The notes under the pieces were generated by a model that saw only the letters and a list, made by a program, of their open reading frames with translations, had not been told where the DNA came from and searched no databases. From contig JAGYJW010000023.1 in assembly GCA_018401435.1 (NCBI GenBank), forward strand, positions 25,327-89,326: a stretch of DNA of 64,000 nucleotides, given 5' to 3'. Positions 1 to 8,813 of this stretch are shown here, in pieces (within the stretch, counting starts at the first letter, position 1; every line of letters starts with the position of its first letter). A program made the position numbers and the translations under genes. This stretch comes from Deltaproteobacteria bacterium. Its GTDB lineage: Bacteria > Myxococcota_A > UBA796 > UBA2385.

Positions 1-114
1 GGCTGTGTACCAGCCGGCCAAAGCGCACCATCGCCGCGTCGATGTCCACCACCAGGGGCCCAGCCACCAGGGCCCCCCCCAAGCAGAGCCCCAGCTCGCT
101 CTTGCGGCCCCGCA

Positions 115-900
115 TCAGGTAGAGGCTGCCGAGGCCACGCCCGCACCCACCACCAGGGCCGCCCGGGAGCCACTGCTGAGGATGGCAAGGGGCGCCAGGC
201 CCACCAGCGCCAGCCGCAGCGGGCGCGCCAGCCAGTGAGGGTCGTCGGCCAACCCACCCAACAGAAGCGGCGTGACCAGCAAGACGAGGGTGGCCCACTC
301 GTTGGGGTCGCCGAAGGTGCCCGTGGCTCGCCCAGCCTCCCCTGCCCCACCCGCCTGCAGCACCGAGCTCGCCAGAGCCAACACAACGACGCCGCCCAGC
401 AGCCGGTAGATGGGCGGCAGGGGTCGATCCGACAGGATGGTGAAGCTGAGGCCCACCAGCACGGTCATCATGGCCATGCCAATCAGGGGAAAGCGGCCAT
501 TGACCATATCGCCCGAGGCGGCGACGCAGAGGGCGGTGGCCACCGTGAGGCCCACCATGGCGCTGAGCACCGGATGCCAACGCAAGGGACGTACCCGGTA
601 GAGTAGGACATAGAGCGCCCAGAGGCCCAGGCTGCCCAGGACCGCCAGCTTGGAGAAGGTGACCGGAAAGTTGGCCACCTTGGAACCGGTCACCCCCAGC
701 CGATCGAAGAGGATGGACACAAAGATCATCACCACCAGCAGCTGCGGCGCGCGCAAGGCCACCGCCACCCCCAGCAAGCCCACCAGGGCGACGGGGATGA
801 GGGCGGGCTGCACGGCCACCAACAGGCCCACCAGCAGCCCGAGCCCGACCGGGGGGAGCAGGGTCCAGCCCGGCCCCCGCGTGGACCCCGCCTGCATCAT
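115..900 (-). CDS. O-antigen ligase/polymerase (Wzy/WaaL-like) polytopic membrane protein. It probably continues to the window edge in another frame.
   Basis: The 261-aa ORF is made of hydrophobic helices. It carries a 'GTFGDPNEWA' loop motif typical of the Wzy_C / O-antigen-ligase family. Its start overlaps the upstream wzc-like stop by ATGA at 897-900. Past the TGA at 115, the adjacent minus-strand frame reads a protein-like continuation (LYLMRGRKSELGLCLGGALVAGPLVV...) down to position 1. Confidence 0.7.
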   Translation of the reverse strand: MMQAGSTRGPGWTLLPPVGLGLLVGLLVAVQPALIPVALVGLLGVAVALRAPQLLVVMIFVSILFDRLGVTGSKVANFPVTFSKLAVLGSLGLWALYVLLYRVRPLRWHPVLSAMVGLTVATALCVAASGDMVNGRFPLIGMAMMTVLVGLSFTILSDRPLPPIYRLLGGVVVLALASSVLQAGGAGEAGRATGTFGDPNEWATLVLLVTPLLLGGLADDPHWLARPLRLALVGLAPLAILSSGSRAALVVGAGVASAAST

Positions 901-2996
901 CGGGCCGCCGGCTGCTCTGCGGCGGGGGGCTCCTCACCATAGTAGGACGAGGCGTGGTGGGGCACCGCCCGGCGGGGGGGCACATCGTTGAGGACAAGCC
1001 CCAACACCTTGCCTTCGGCTTGGCGCAAGCGGGTCACGGTCTGCTGGACCATCTTGCCCGAGACCTCTCCCCGACGGACCACCATCAGCACGCCGGTGCA
1101 GTGGCGGGCCAGGGACATGGCGTCGGATACCAGCCCCGCCGGCGAGCTGTCCACGATGACCACATGGTAGGTGGTGCCCAGACGCGCGAGCATCTTGGGC
1201 AGCATCTGGCTTGAGAGCAGCTCGTTGGGATTGGGCACCGCAGCCCCAGCCGGAAGCAGGTCCAGCTGGGGAATCTTGGTGCGTCGTGCCAGGTCCAGCG
1301 GGTCGATTCGACGGCCCAGGCACTCGGCCAGCCCCGGGCCCTGCTCCTGCCCGAAGACAAGATGCAGACTCGGCCGGCGCAGATCCCCGTCGACGATCAG
1401 GGTGCGGGCGCCCAGACGGGCAAAGGCGATGGCCAGACCCACCGCTGTATTGGACTTGCCCTCGCCCGCAACGCAGCTGGTGACCAGCAAGCTGCGGGCC
1501 TGGCTGGGGTTGACGATGCCATGCAGCATCGCCCGCAAGGCCCGCAAGGCCTCGGCGACCAGCGACCGAGGGTGGGCCACCGGGTAGAGGGCGCGCTGGG
1601 GCAGGCTCAGCCCCGCAGGCAGGCTGGGCACCATGCCCAGCAGGTCGGCGTCGGTCTGGCGCACGAGGTCATTGGGACCCAACACCACATCGTCCAGTCG
1701 GTGGCGCAGCAGGCTGAGTCCGAGGCCCCCCGTGACGCCCACCAGCAAGCCAATGGCCAGGTTGAGGGGCACATCGGGCTTGGCGGGGCGGACAGGCACC
1801 ACCGCGGCTTCGACGATGCGCACATCCGACAGGCGGGTGCGGGCCTGCAGATCCACCTCCACCTCGCGCTCCCCCAAGGACTCCACGAGGCGCCGCGCGC
1901 GATCCTCGTCGTTGCGGTAGCGCGAATATTCGTCCAGCAGGCGCTGCTGGGCCAGCAGCTCGGTCTTGACCTGCTGCATCTCCTCTTCGATCTGCTCCTC
2001 CTGGCGCCGCAAGGTGGCCAGGCGCGACTGCTCGGCCTCCAGGTTGCGGCGCACCTCGGCGGCGATGAGATCATCCACACGCCGGATGTGCTCGACCACC
2101 CGCTGGTGTTCAGGGTGGCGCTCGCCGTAGCGGGCCAGGACCTCGGCGGAGCGGGTGACGATGGCGGCCTTCTCGCGGGTCATCGCCGCCAGGGAAGGAT
2201 CGTCGAACATGCTCGCCAACACGGCGATCTCGTTGTTCTTGAGCAGGCGCTCGTACTCGGAGACCCGGCTGCTCAGCAGCACGCGCTCGGTGGTGGTTGC
2301 CCCCGCCGCCGCTTGCAAGGAGGCCAGGCGCGAGGTGATGGCGTTGACCTTCTCGTCGACGTCTACCAGATCATTGGCCGCTTTGAAGGCCATGGATGCC
2401 TCTGTCGCCTTTGCCAGCTCGGCCCGGTAGGTGTCGCTCTGGCCCTCCAGCCAGACCCGGGTGTCCCGCGCCACGTCGCGGCGCTGCTCCAGGCTGGCCT
2501 CGAAGTAGACCTGGGCGACCAGGTTGGCCAGCTCGGCGGCCTGGTCGGGGATGGGGTGCAGCACTCGAATCTCGACCAGCTGTGTGTCCTCGCGTGGGCC
2601 GGCGGAGAGGGCGCGCTCCAGGCGGCCCAGGCCTTCGGGGCTGGTGTCGATGTCGTCGTGACCCAGGGCCATATAGCGCTTGGCGACCTCCTCTCGAACG
2701 CTGCGGCTGAGGATGATCTGGATCTGGGTGCGGGCGCGGTCGCGGCCCTCCATATAGCCGCCCTCGTCGCTCTTCCGAACCTCGTTGACGTCCATCTCCT
2801 GACCCGCGCGAGGCAGCAGCTGGATCACCGACACCGCCTGGTAGCGCTTCGTCGCCAGCAAGGATCCGACCAGCGTGGCCAGCAGCACCGCGCCCAGGAA
2901 ACCGAAGAAGGTCCACCGCTGACGCCAGAGGACATCGACGACAGCGTCGAAGTCGATGGGGCCACCTGGGCCGCGAGAGGGGGGGGTGGGGGTCAC
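897..2996 (-). CDS. Polysaccharide co-polymerase / tyrosine autokinase (Wzc/GumC/EpsB-like BY-kinase)
   Basis: The 699-aa ORF starts with GTG. It has an N-terminal TM helix and a long coiled-coil periplasmic region. The C-terminal kinase domain has Walker A 'AGEGKSNT', Walker A' 'VDGDLRRP' and Walker B 'VVIVDSSP'. A short Tyr-containing tail ('SSYYGEE') follows. Confidence 0.9.
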   Translation of the reverse strand: MTPTPPSRGPGGPIDFDAVVDVLWRQRWTFFGFLGAVLLATLVGSLLATKRYQAVSVIQLLPRAGQEMDVNEVRKSDEGGYMEGRDRARTQIQIILSRSVREEVAKRYMALGHDDIDTSPEGLGRLERALSAGPREDTQLVEIRVLHPIPDQAAELANLVAQVYFEASLEQRRDVARDTRVWLEGQSDTYRAELAKATEASMAFKAANDLVDVDEKVNAITSRLASLQAAAGATTTERVLLSSRVSEYERLLKNNEIAVLASMFDDPSLAAMTREKAAIVTRSAEVLARYGERHPEHQRVVEHIRRVDDLIAAEVRRNLEAEQSRLATLRRQEEQIEEEMQQVKTELLAQQRLLDEYSRYRNDEDRARRLVESLGEREVEVDLQARTRLSDVRIVEAAVVPVRPAKPDVPLNLAIGLLVGVTGGLGLSLLRHRLDDVVLGPNDLVRQTDADLLGMVPSLPAGLSLPQRALYPVAHPRSLVAEALRALRAMLHGIVNPSQARSLLVTSCVAGEGKSNTAVGLAIAFARLGARTLIVDGDLRRPSLHLVFGQEQGPGLAECLGRRIDPLDLARRTKIPQLDLLPAGAAVPNPNELLSSQMLPKMLARLGTTYHVVIVDSSPAGLVSDAMSLARHCTGVLMVVRRGEVSGKMVQQTVTRLRQAEGKVLGLVLNDVPPRRAVPHHASSYYGEEPPAAEQPAAR

Positions 2997-3020
2997 AGAA
3001 GCTCCGGAAGGGCAAAGCGC

Positions 3021-4010
3021 ATGATAGACAGAGGCGTGGCCGACATGCTTCCCAGCGGCGTCTTTACACTCAGCCTCGACTTCGAGCTGGTCTGGGGATC
3101 GCGCGACCTGGCGCCTGATCCCACCGAGCTGGTGCGCCAGTCCATCGTGACGCGGCAGGCCGTCTTCGGACCCCTGCTCGACAGCTTGCTTTCAACGGGC
3201 ATACGGGCGACCTGGGCGACGGTGGGGCACCTGTTCCTGGACCGGGCCGAACCCGGCAACGGCCCGCTGCACTCCGATCTTGAGCCTCCCCACCACGCCT
3301 GGCACCCGCGCCCGTGGTTCGAAGGCGTCCCGGCGGGCACTGAGTCCAGCGAGCCCGCCTGGTACGGGCGCAGCCTCGTGCAGCGGCTGGTCGCGGCAGG
3401 GCAGGAGGTGGGCAGCCACAGCTTCAGCCACCCGATATTCGGGGATGAAGGCTGCAGCCGCCAGGCCGCCGACCAGGACCTCGCCCGCTGCGTGGCCGAG
3501 GCCCGCAAGCTGGGCATCGCCCTGCGCAGCTTCGTCTTTCCCCGAAACCAACCCGGCCATGTGGACCTGCTGGCCCGCCACGGCTTTCGCTGCTGGCGCC
3601 CGCCCGAGCCCAGCTCCCTGGCGCGCCTGCCCAAGTCGGTCGGCCGCTTGGGCCACCTGGCGCAGGTCGCCCTCGCGCGCACCCCCCCCACGGTGCTGCC
3701 CACCCGCGACGCGCATGGCTTGTGGTGCGTGCCCGGGTCTGCCGTCTTCCTGCCCACCCACGGCGTGCGACGGCTGATCCCGATGCGCCAGCGGGTGGCC
3801 CGCTGCATCCGGGGCATCGACGCGGCCGCCGCGCAGCGGCGCATCTTCCACCTCTACACCCACCCCATCAACCTCGCAGATCGCCCAGAGGCCTGCCTTT
3901 CGGCCTTCCAGGAGATCTTCGAGCACGCCGCCCGCCTTCGGGACGCAGGCCGTCTCGACATCTTGTCCATGGACGAGGTGGCCGACCGGGCAGAGGCCGC
4001 CGCGGGCTGA
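3021..4010 (+). CDS. Polysaccharide deacetylase (NodB/CE4-like) family protein
   Basis: This is the C-terminal third of the 1362..4010 ORF; the remainder is antisense to wzc. The first ATG is at 3021, with an alternative at 3045. Supporting motifs are 'FTLSLDFELVWG', 'GSHSFSHP' and 'YTHPINL'. Confidence 0.75.
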   Translation: MIDRGVADMLPSGVFTLSLDFELVWGSRDLAPDPTELVRQSIVTRQAVFGPLLDSLLSTGIRATWATVGHLFLDRAEPGNGPLHSDLEPPHHAWHPRPWFEGVPAGTESSEPAWYGRSLVQRLVAAGQEVGSHSFSHPIFGDEGCSRQAADQDLARCVAEARKLGIALRSFVFPRNQPGHVDLLARHGFRCWRPPEPSSLARLPKSVGRLGHLAQVALARTPPTVLPTRDAHGLWCVPGSAVFLPTHGVRRLIPMRQRVARCIRGIDAAAAQRRIFHLYTHPINLADRPEACLSAFQEIFEHAARLRDAGRLDILSMDEVADRAEAAAG

Positions 4011-4018
4011 GTGCGCCC

Positions 4019-5434
4019 TCAAGATCCGGGCTTCATCAGCACCGTCTGAACGGTCTTGACCAGGATGATGGCATAGAGCAGCGGGTTGAGCTCTTGAGTT
4101 GCGTAGAGGTCATAACAGAGCTTCTCTGCCGCATCCTCTTCGCTCGCGCCATAGCGGTACCGCACCTGGGCCCAGCCCGTGACCCCCGGCTTGACGGCGA
4201 AGCGCAGGCCATAGAAGGGGATCTTCTCTTTGAGCTGGTCCACGAAGGGCTGGCGCTCGGGGCGGGGACCCACCATGGACATATCCCCCCGCAACACATT
4301 GAAGAACTGGGGCAGCTCGTCGATTCGACTGCGCCGCAAGAAGCGGCCCACCCGGGTGACCCGGGGGTCGGCCGGGCCTTGGGACCACACCGCGCCGGTG
4401 CGGGCCTCCGCATCCACGCCCATCGTGCGCAGCTTGACGATGGTGAAAGGGCGCTCGTTGAGGCCCACGCGCTCCTGCAAGAAGAGGGCGGGGCCCGGCG
4501 TCTCCAGGCGCACGGCGATGCCGGCGAGCAGGATGATGGGGGCCGAGAGCAGCAGACCCACCGCGGAGATCAGCACATCCGCGATGCGCAACAAGGCGGC
4601 GTCGATGGGTCGGGTGCCCGAGAAGTCCGGGCCGAAGATGAGCGAGGTGTCCGACAGGTGGAAGATGGGCACCTTGCCGGTCATGCGCTTGTAGACGCTG
4701 CGCATGTCTTCGATGCGCACGCCAGCAGCCTTGCATTCCAGCAGCTGGCGGGTCAACTCGGCCCCCATGCCGCTGCGCATGGCCACGATGATGCAGCCGA
4801 TGCGACGCTCCTTCACCCGCTCCACCAGGTGGCCACCGGCCCCGATGATGGGCAGGCCTGACAGCGTGTCGTCGCGCTCCTCTTCAGTGAAAGCGTTGTC
4901 GATGAAGCCAACCAGGCGGTAGACCTCGCGGCGCTCCACATCGGCGGCGATGGCGTCGGCGATCAGTTGGCCCGCCGCGTCTGCACCCAAGATAAGCGTG
5001 CGCAAGCGCACCTCCAGCCTCGGCCGCACCGTGCACATGGCCAGGCGCCACAGGGTCAGGAAGAAGACGAAGGCGCCATTGGTGAGCAGGGTGATGCCGC
5101 GCCCCCACCACCAGTTGGGAAAGGCGTAGAAGACGACCATCTGGCAGAGGGTGGCCACGGCCACGCCGGACCAGAGGCGCAGGAGCTGGCGGCCCTGGCG
5201 GAAGTCCCGGCTGGGTTCATAGGCCTCCACCACATAGAGGCAGAGCAGGTTGGCCAGGAGGAAGAAGGTGCTGGCCCCGGTGGACTCCTGCAGCAGCCCC
5301 AGCAGCTTGACCTCGTGCATGGGCACGCGAAAGCGAATGGCATAGGCGACCGCGATGGAGATCAGCGCGATCACGAGGTCGCCGGTCAGGTAGAGCATCG
5401 CGCGACGCTCCACGGGGATGCCGAAGGGCTTCAT
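4019..5434 (-). CDS. Polyprenyl-phosphate sugar phosphotransferase (WbaP/EpsZ-type priming glycosyltransferase)
   Basis: The 471-aa ORF has N-terminal TM helices. The C-terminal bacterial sugar transferase domain reads 'PGPALFLQERVGLNERPFTIVKLRTM ... DELPQFFNVLRGDMSMVGPRPE'. Confidence 0.92.
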   Translation of the reverse strand: MKPFGIPVERRAMLYLTGDLVIALISIAVAYAIRFRVPMHEVKLLGLLQESTGASTFFLLANLLCLYVVEAYEPSRDFRQGRQLLRLWSGVAVATLCQMVVFYAFPNWWWGRGITLLTNGAFVFFLTLWRLAMCTVRPRLEVRLRTLILGADAAGQLIADAIAADVERREVYRLVGFIDNAFTEEERDDTLSGLPIIGAGGHLVERVKERRIGCIIVAMRSGMGAELTRQLLECKAAGVRIEDMRSVYKRMTGKVPIFHLSDTSLIFGPDFSGTRPIDAALLRIADVLISAVGLLLSAPIILLAGIAVRLETPGPALFLQERVGLNERPFTIVKLRTMGVDAEARTGAVWSQGPADPRVTRVGRFLRRSRIDELPQFFNVLRGDMSMVGPRPERQPFVDQLKEKIPFYGLRFAVKPGVTGWAQVRYRYGASEEDAAEKLCYDLYATQELNPLLYAIILVKTVQTVLMKPGS

Positions 5435-6630
5435 CGGGCCCCTCCAAGGGCGGGCGCTCGCGCCGCCCAGGCGGGCGCGGCGGCGAGCAGCTCGTTGTAG
5501 ACTTGGGCGGTCGCATCCAACATGCGTGCGACGGTGAAATGGGCTTCAAAGTCGGCCCGCCCAGCCGCCCCCATGGCCACGCGCAACGCGGGATCGGTCA
5601 GCAGGCGGTGCAGGGACTGGCGCAAGGCGGGCTGGTCATCCCGGTCCACCAGGAGGCCCGTTACCTCCGGCCGCACGGCCTCGGCCACCCCCCCCACTCT
5701 CGACGCGATCACCGGCAAGCCGGCGCGCATGCCCTCCAAAATGGAGAGGGGGAAGCCCTCCTGGCGGGAGACCAACACAAAGATCTGGGCCTGGGCGAGC
5801 AGGGCCGGCACGTCTCTGCGCTCTCCCAGCAGCCGCACCCGGTCTGCGAGGCCCAGCCGGGCGATCTCGGCCTCGACGGCGGGGCGCTCGGGGCCATCGC
5901 CGATCAGCCAAAGAGAATAGGGCGCTTCCACCTGCGCTATCGCGCGCAGGAGCAGGCCGTGGTCCTTGGGGGCGGCCATGCGGGCGACCATGGCGACGAC
6001 AGGGGGGTCGCCACCCTGCACCTGCGCGCGGGCGCCACCCTCGGGCACCCCATTGTGCACGATGCGCACCTGGGCGTCCCGGGCCACACGCCAGCGCATC
6101 CCCACCTCGCGGTCGGCCGCAGAGACCACGATGAAGCGATCGGTCAGGCGCCCGGCCGCAGCTTCGACCGGTATCGCCCAGCCCTTGCGCGACCAGGGGA
6201 TGCCGTCGGAGAAGGACCAGGCGTGGGCCGTATGAATCACCGGCACGCCCATGCTGCGGGCAGCGAGACGGCCCAGCAGCCCTGCCTTGGTGCTGTGGGT
6301 GTGCACCAGGGCCGGCCGCAGCTGGCGGATCAGCGCGCGCAAGGACCGCAAGGCCACCAGATCGCTGCCCGCCGCCACCTCGCGCTGCAGGCCGGCGATG
6401 GGAAAGACCCGAATGCCTGCGGCTGTCAGGGCCTCGGTCAGAAAGCCCTCATCGCCCACGGCCACTGCGATGTCGTAGCGACTGGCCAGGCCCAGCACGA
6501 GGTCGCGGACGTGGACCTGGGCCCCCCCGGGCTCGCTGCGGGTGATCACCACCAGCACCCGCGGCCGCCCCGACACCGCATTGGTCGTCGCGGGCCGCGG
6601 GAGGGGCGATGGGGGGGGGCGGGCGATCAA
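5431..6630 (-). CDS. Glycosyltransferase family 4 (GT-B fold)
   Basis: The N-terminus ('VLVVITRSEPGGAQVHVRDL') and the C-terminal 'EGFPLSILEGMRAGLPVIASRVGG' motif fit GT4. The tracked start is a TTG. An internal GTG (MSGRPRVLVV) is an equally plausible start. Confidence 0.85.
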   Translation of the reverse strand: MIARPPPSPLPRPATTNAVSGRPRVLVVITRSEPGGAQVHVRDLVLGLASRYDIAVAVGDEGFLTEALTAAGIRVFPIAGLQREVAAGSDLVALRSLRALIRQLRPALVHTHSTKAGLLGRLAARSMGVPVIHTAHAWSFSDGIPWSRKGWAIPVEAAAGRLTDRFIVVSAADREVGMRWRVARDAQVRIVHNGVPEGGARAQVQGGDPPVVAMVARMAAPKDHGLLLRAIAQVEAPYSLWLIGDGPERPAVEAEIARLGLADRVRLLGERRDVPALLAQAQIFVLVSRQEGFPLSILEGMRAGLPVIASRVGGVAEAVRPEVTGLLVDRDDQPALRQSLHRLLTDPALRVAMGAAGRADFEAHFTVARMLDATAQVYNELLAAAPAWAARAPALGGAR

Positions 6631-6758
6631 GCGGGCTCCTGGGGTATCGGCCGAACCGCCGGCTGGGTGGACCGAATGAGGGTAGCCTCCCCCCCACTGA
6701 ATCCGATCGCGGACCGGCTGCTCAACCTGTGGCGGGGATCGGCTTTTTGCTCCAGAAC

Positions 6759-8768
6759 ATGAGCCGCATTCCGAAGCGGCAGCCGGAGGCCGAAGCCATG
6801 ACCCGAGCCAAAGAAGCAGACTTCGATGCGGTGAGCCCCGCGGAGCGCGTGCGCGCCTGGCGACGGGCGGCGCCGGGCTTCTTGCAGCGCCAGGCCAAGA
6901 CCGCGCGCCAGCTTCGGCACGGCTGGGCCCACAGCCGCCAGGTGGGCTTCGTCTTCGGTTGCCAGCGTTCGGGCACCAAGATGGTGATGCGGGTGCTGGA
7001 CCGCAGCCCCGACATCCGCATCTTTCACGAGAACCATGCCTCCGCCTTTCAGGACTTCCAGCTGCGGTCGGACCGCACGATCCGTGCCCTGGTCGCCCTC
7101 AATCCCGCGCCGGTGCAGGTCTTCAAGCCGATCTGCGACAGCCAGGAGGCCGACCGCCTGCTGGCGCGCTTTCCCCGGGTAAGGGGCGCGTGGGTCTACC
7201 GCCACTTCGACGACGTGGCGAACTCCGCCGTGGCCAAGTGGGGTGAGCACCAGCGCGATCTGGTGGAGGCATTGGTGAAGGGCGACGCGGAGCGCTGGGG
7301 CTGGCGCACCGCGCGCATCCCCGAGTCGGTGCGGGCCGACCTGCGGGCCGTCTACCGCGCCGATCTCAGCCCTGCCGAGGGCGCGATGTTGTTCTGGTTC
7401 GCCCGCAATTCCTTCTTCTTCGAGCTGGGCCTCGACCAGCACCCGCGCATGACGCTGGTGCGCTACGCCGACCTGGTTCAGCAGCCCGAATCTGCCTTTG
7501 ACGCGCTCTTTTCCCACCTGGGCGCCGACTTCTCCCCCGACTTCATCGACAAGGTGCGGGCCGACTCGATCGGCCGCAGCGACCCCCCGCAGGCCAGCCC
7601 CCAGATCCGCGCCCTGTGCCAGTCCTTGATGGATCGACTGGACGCCTGGACCCCCGCAGACCGGCCCGCCGGCGACCTGTCCTCCTTGCTGATGCTCATC
7701 GACACCCTGGGGACGGGCGGGGCCGAGCGCTATGCCGTGACCGTCTGCAACTGGCTGGACGCGCAGGGGGTGGCGGTCACCATCGCGTCGTCGGGCGGAG
7801 AGCAGGTGCCCGATCTCGCGCCAGGCGTGCAGCATGTGGAGCTGCCCCTGCGCCAGGTGCGCGGCGGAGCGCTGCCCCGAGCCGCCCGCAGCGTGCGGGC
7901 GCTCATCGACCAGACCCAGCCCGACGCCATCGTGAGCAATTCCCTGGCGGTGACCCTGATCGCCCGCGCGGCCCAGCTGGGCCGGGCCGTGCCGGTGGTG
8001 AATGTGGCCCATGGCTGGCCCGAGGACCGCTACCGCCAGGTGGCCCCACTGATGCGGGCGGCCACCCGCGTCGTCGCCGTGAGCCCCGACGTCAAGCGCA
8101 AGCTGGTGGCGGCGGGCCTGCCGCAAGACCGCTGCGCAGTCGTCTTCAACGGGGTGGACTGCAGCAACCTGGGCCGCCGCAGCGACCCCCAACGCGCCCA
8201 CGCCCGACAGGTGATGGGGGCAGGATCGGGCGAGATCCTGGTGGCGGTCGTTGGGCGACTGGAGGCCCAGAAGGCCCATCAAAACGTCATCTTTGTCGCA
8301 GAATCAACCCGCGAGAGCCATCCGTCTCTGCGTTTCGCCATCGTGGGGGACGGCAGCCGGGAGGCCGCGCTGGCCGCCTTGATCGCCGAGCGAGGCGTGG
8401 CCGATCGGGTGCGACTGGTGGGCCTGCGCTCCGATGTGGCCGACCTGCTGGGCTCGGCCGATCTCTACCTGAATTGCTCGGATTGGGAGGGCATGCCCCT
8501 GACCACCATCGAGGCCATGGCCTCGGGGCTGCCGGTGGTGGCCACCCGCACCGAAGGCAGCGCCCAGCTGCTGAATGATGCCTCGGGCATCGTGGTGCCG
8601 GTGGGCGATGCCGAAGCCATGGCCCAGGCACTTGGCCGTCTGGCCGAGGACGCCGACCTGCGCCAGCGCATGGGGGCCGCCGCCCGCCAGCGGGCCCTGC
8701 GCGACTTCAGCCACGACCGCATGGTGCGCGAGCTGGTCGCGGTGATCGCGGATGCCCGGCGGGCCTGA
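6759..8768 (+). CDS. Sulfotransferase - glycosyltransferase family 4 fusion protein
   Basis: The first ATG in the 6609..8768 ORF is at 6759. The N-terminal half carries two PAPS-binding-like motifs: 'GCQRSGTKMV' (5'-PSB) and 'YRHFDDVANS' (3'-PB). The C-terminal half is a GT4 domain ('LGTGGAERYAV', 'EGMPLTTIEAMASGLPVVATR'). Confidence 0.8.
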   Translation: MSRIPKRQPEAEAMTRAKEADFDAVSPAERVRAWRRAAPGFLQRQAKTARQLRHGWAHSRQVGFVFGCQRSGTKMVMRVLDRSPDIRIFHENHASAFQDFQLRSDRTIRALVALNPAPVQVFKPICDSQEADRLLARFPRVRGAWVYRHFDDVANSAVAKWGEHQRDLVEALVKGDAERWGWRTARIPESVRADLRAVYRADLSPAEGAMLFWFARNSFFFELGLDQHPRMTLVRYADLVQQPESAFDALFSHLGADFSPDFIDKVRADSIGRSDPPQASPQIRALCQSLMDRLDAWTPADRPAGDLSSLLMLIDTLGTGGAERYAVTVCNWLDAQGVAVTIASSGGEQVPDLAPGVQHVELPLRQVRGGALPRAARSVRALIDQTQPDAIVSNSLAVTLIARAAQLGRAVPVVNVAHGWPEDRYRQVAPLMRAATRVVAVSPDVKRKLVAAGLPQDRCAVVFNGVDCSNLGRRSDPQRAHARQVMGAGSGEILVAVVGRLEAQKAHQNVIFVAESTRESHPSLRFAIVGDGSREAALAALIAERGVADRVRLVGLRSDVADLLGSADLYLNCSDWEGMPLTTIEAMASGLPVVATRTEGSAQLLNDASGIVVPVGDAEAMAQALGRLAEDADLRQRMGAAARQRALRDFSHDRMVRELVAVIADARRA

Positions 8769-8813
8769 CCGGCTCCGCCTCCCTGTCCACCCCAACCCTG
8801 ACGGCCCGTTGCC

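Noticed and set aside
1362-3020. The N-terminal ~550 codons of the 882-aa plus-strand ORF 1362..4010.
   Set aside because: The stretch is antisense to the well-supported wzc-like gene. Its composition is Gly/Arg/Ala/Gln-rich and junk-like. Only the part from 3021 onward looks like a real (deacetylase) protein. It is a typical high-G+C shadow ORF.
6611-6619. A G9 tract at the 5' end of the GT4 gene, together with G8/C8 tracts at 2979-2986 (wzc 5' end) and 73-80 (wzy-like gene), considered as phase-variation switches for EPS genes.
   Set aside because: Runs of 7-9 G/C also occur inside unrelated genes in this window. Examples are 20269-20277 in the REC-HK gene, 15962-15969 in the hydrolase gene, 5688-5695, 3682-3689 and 25893-25899. 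They simply encode Pro/Gly runs and are not specific to contingency loci. Without population-level length variation there is no support for phase variation.
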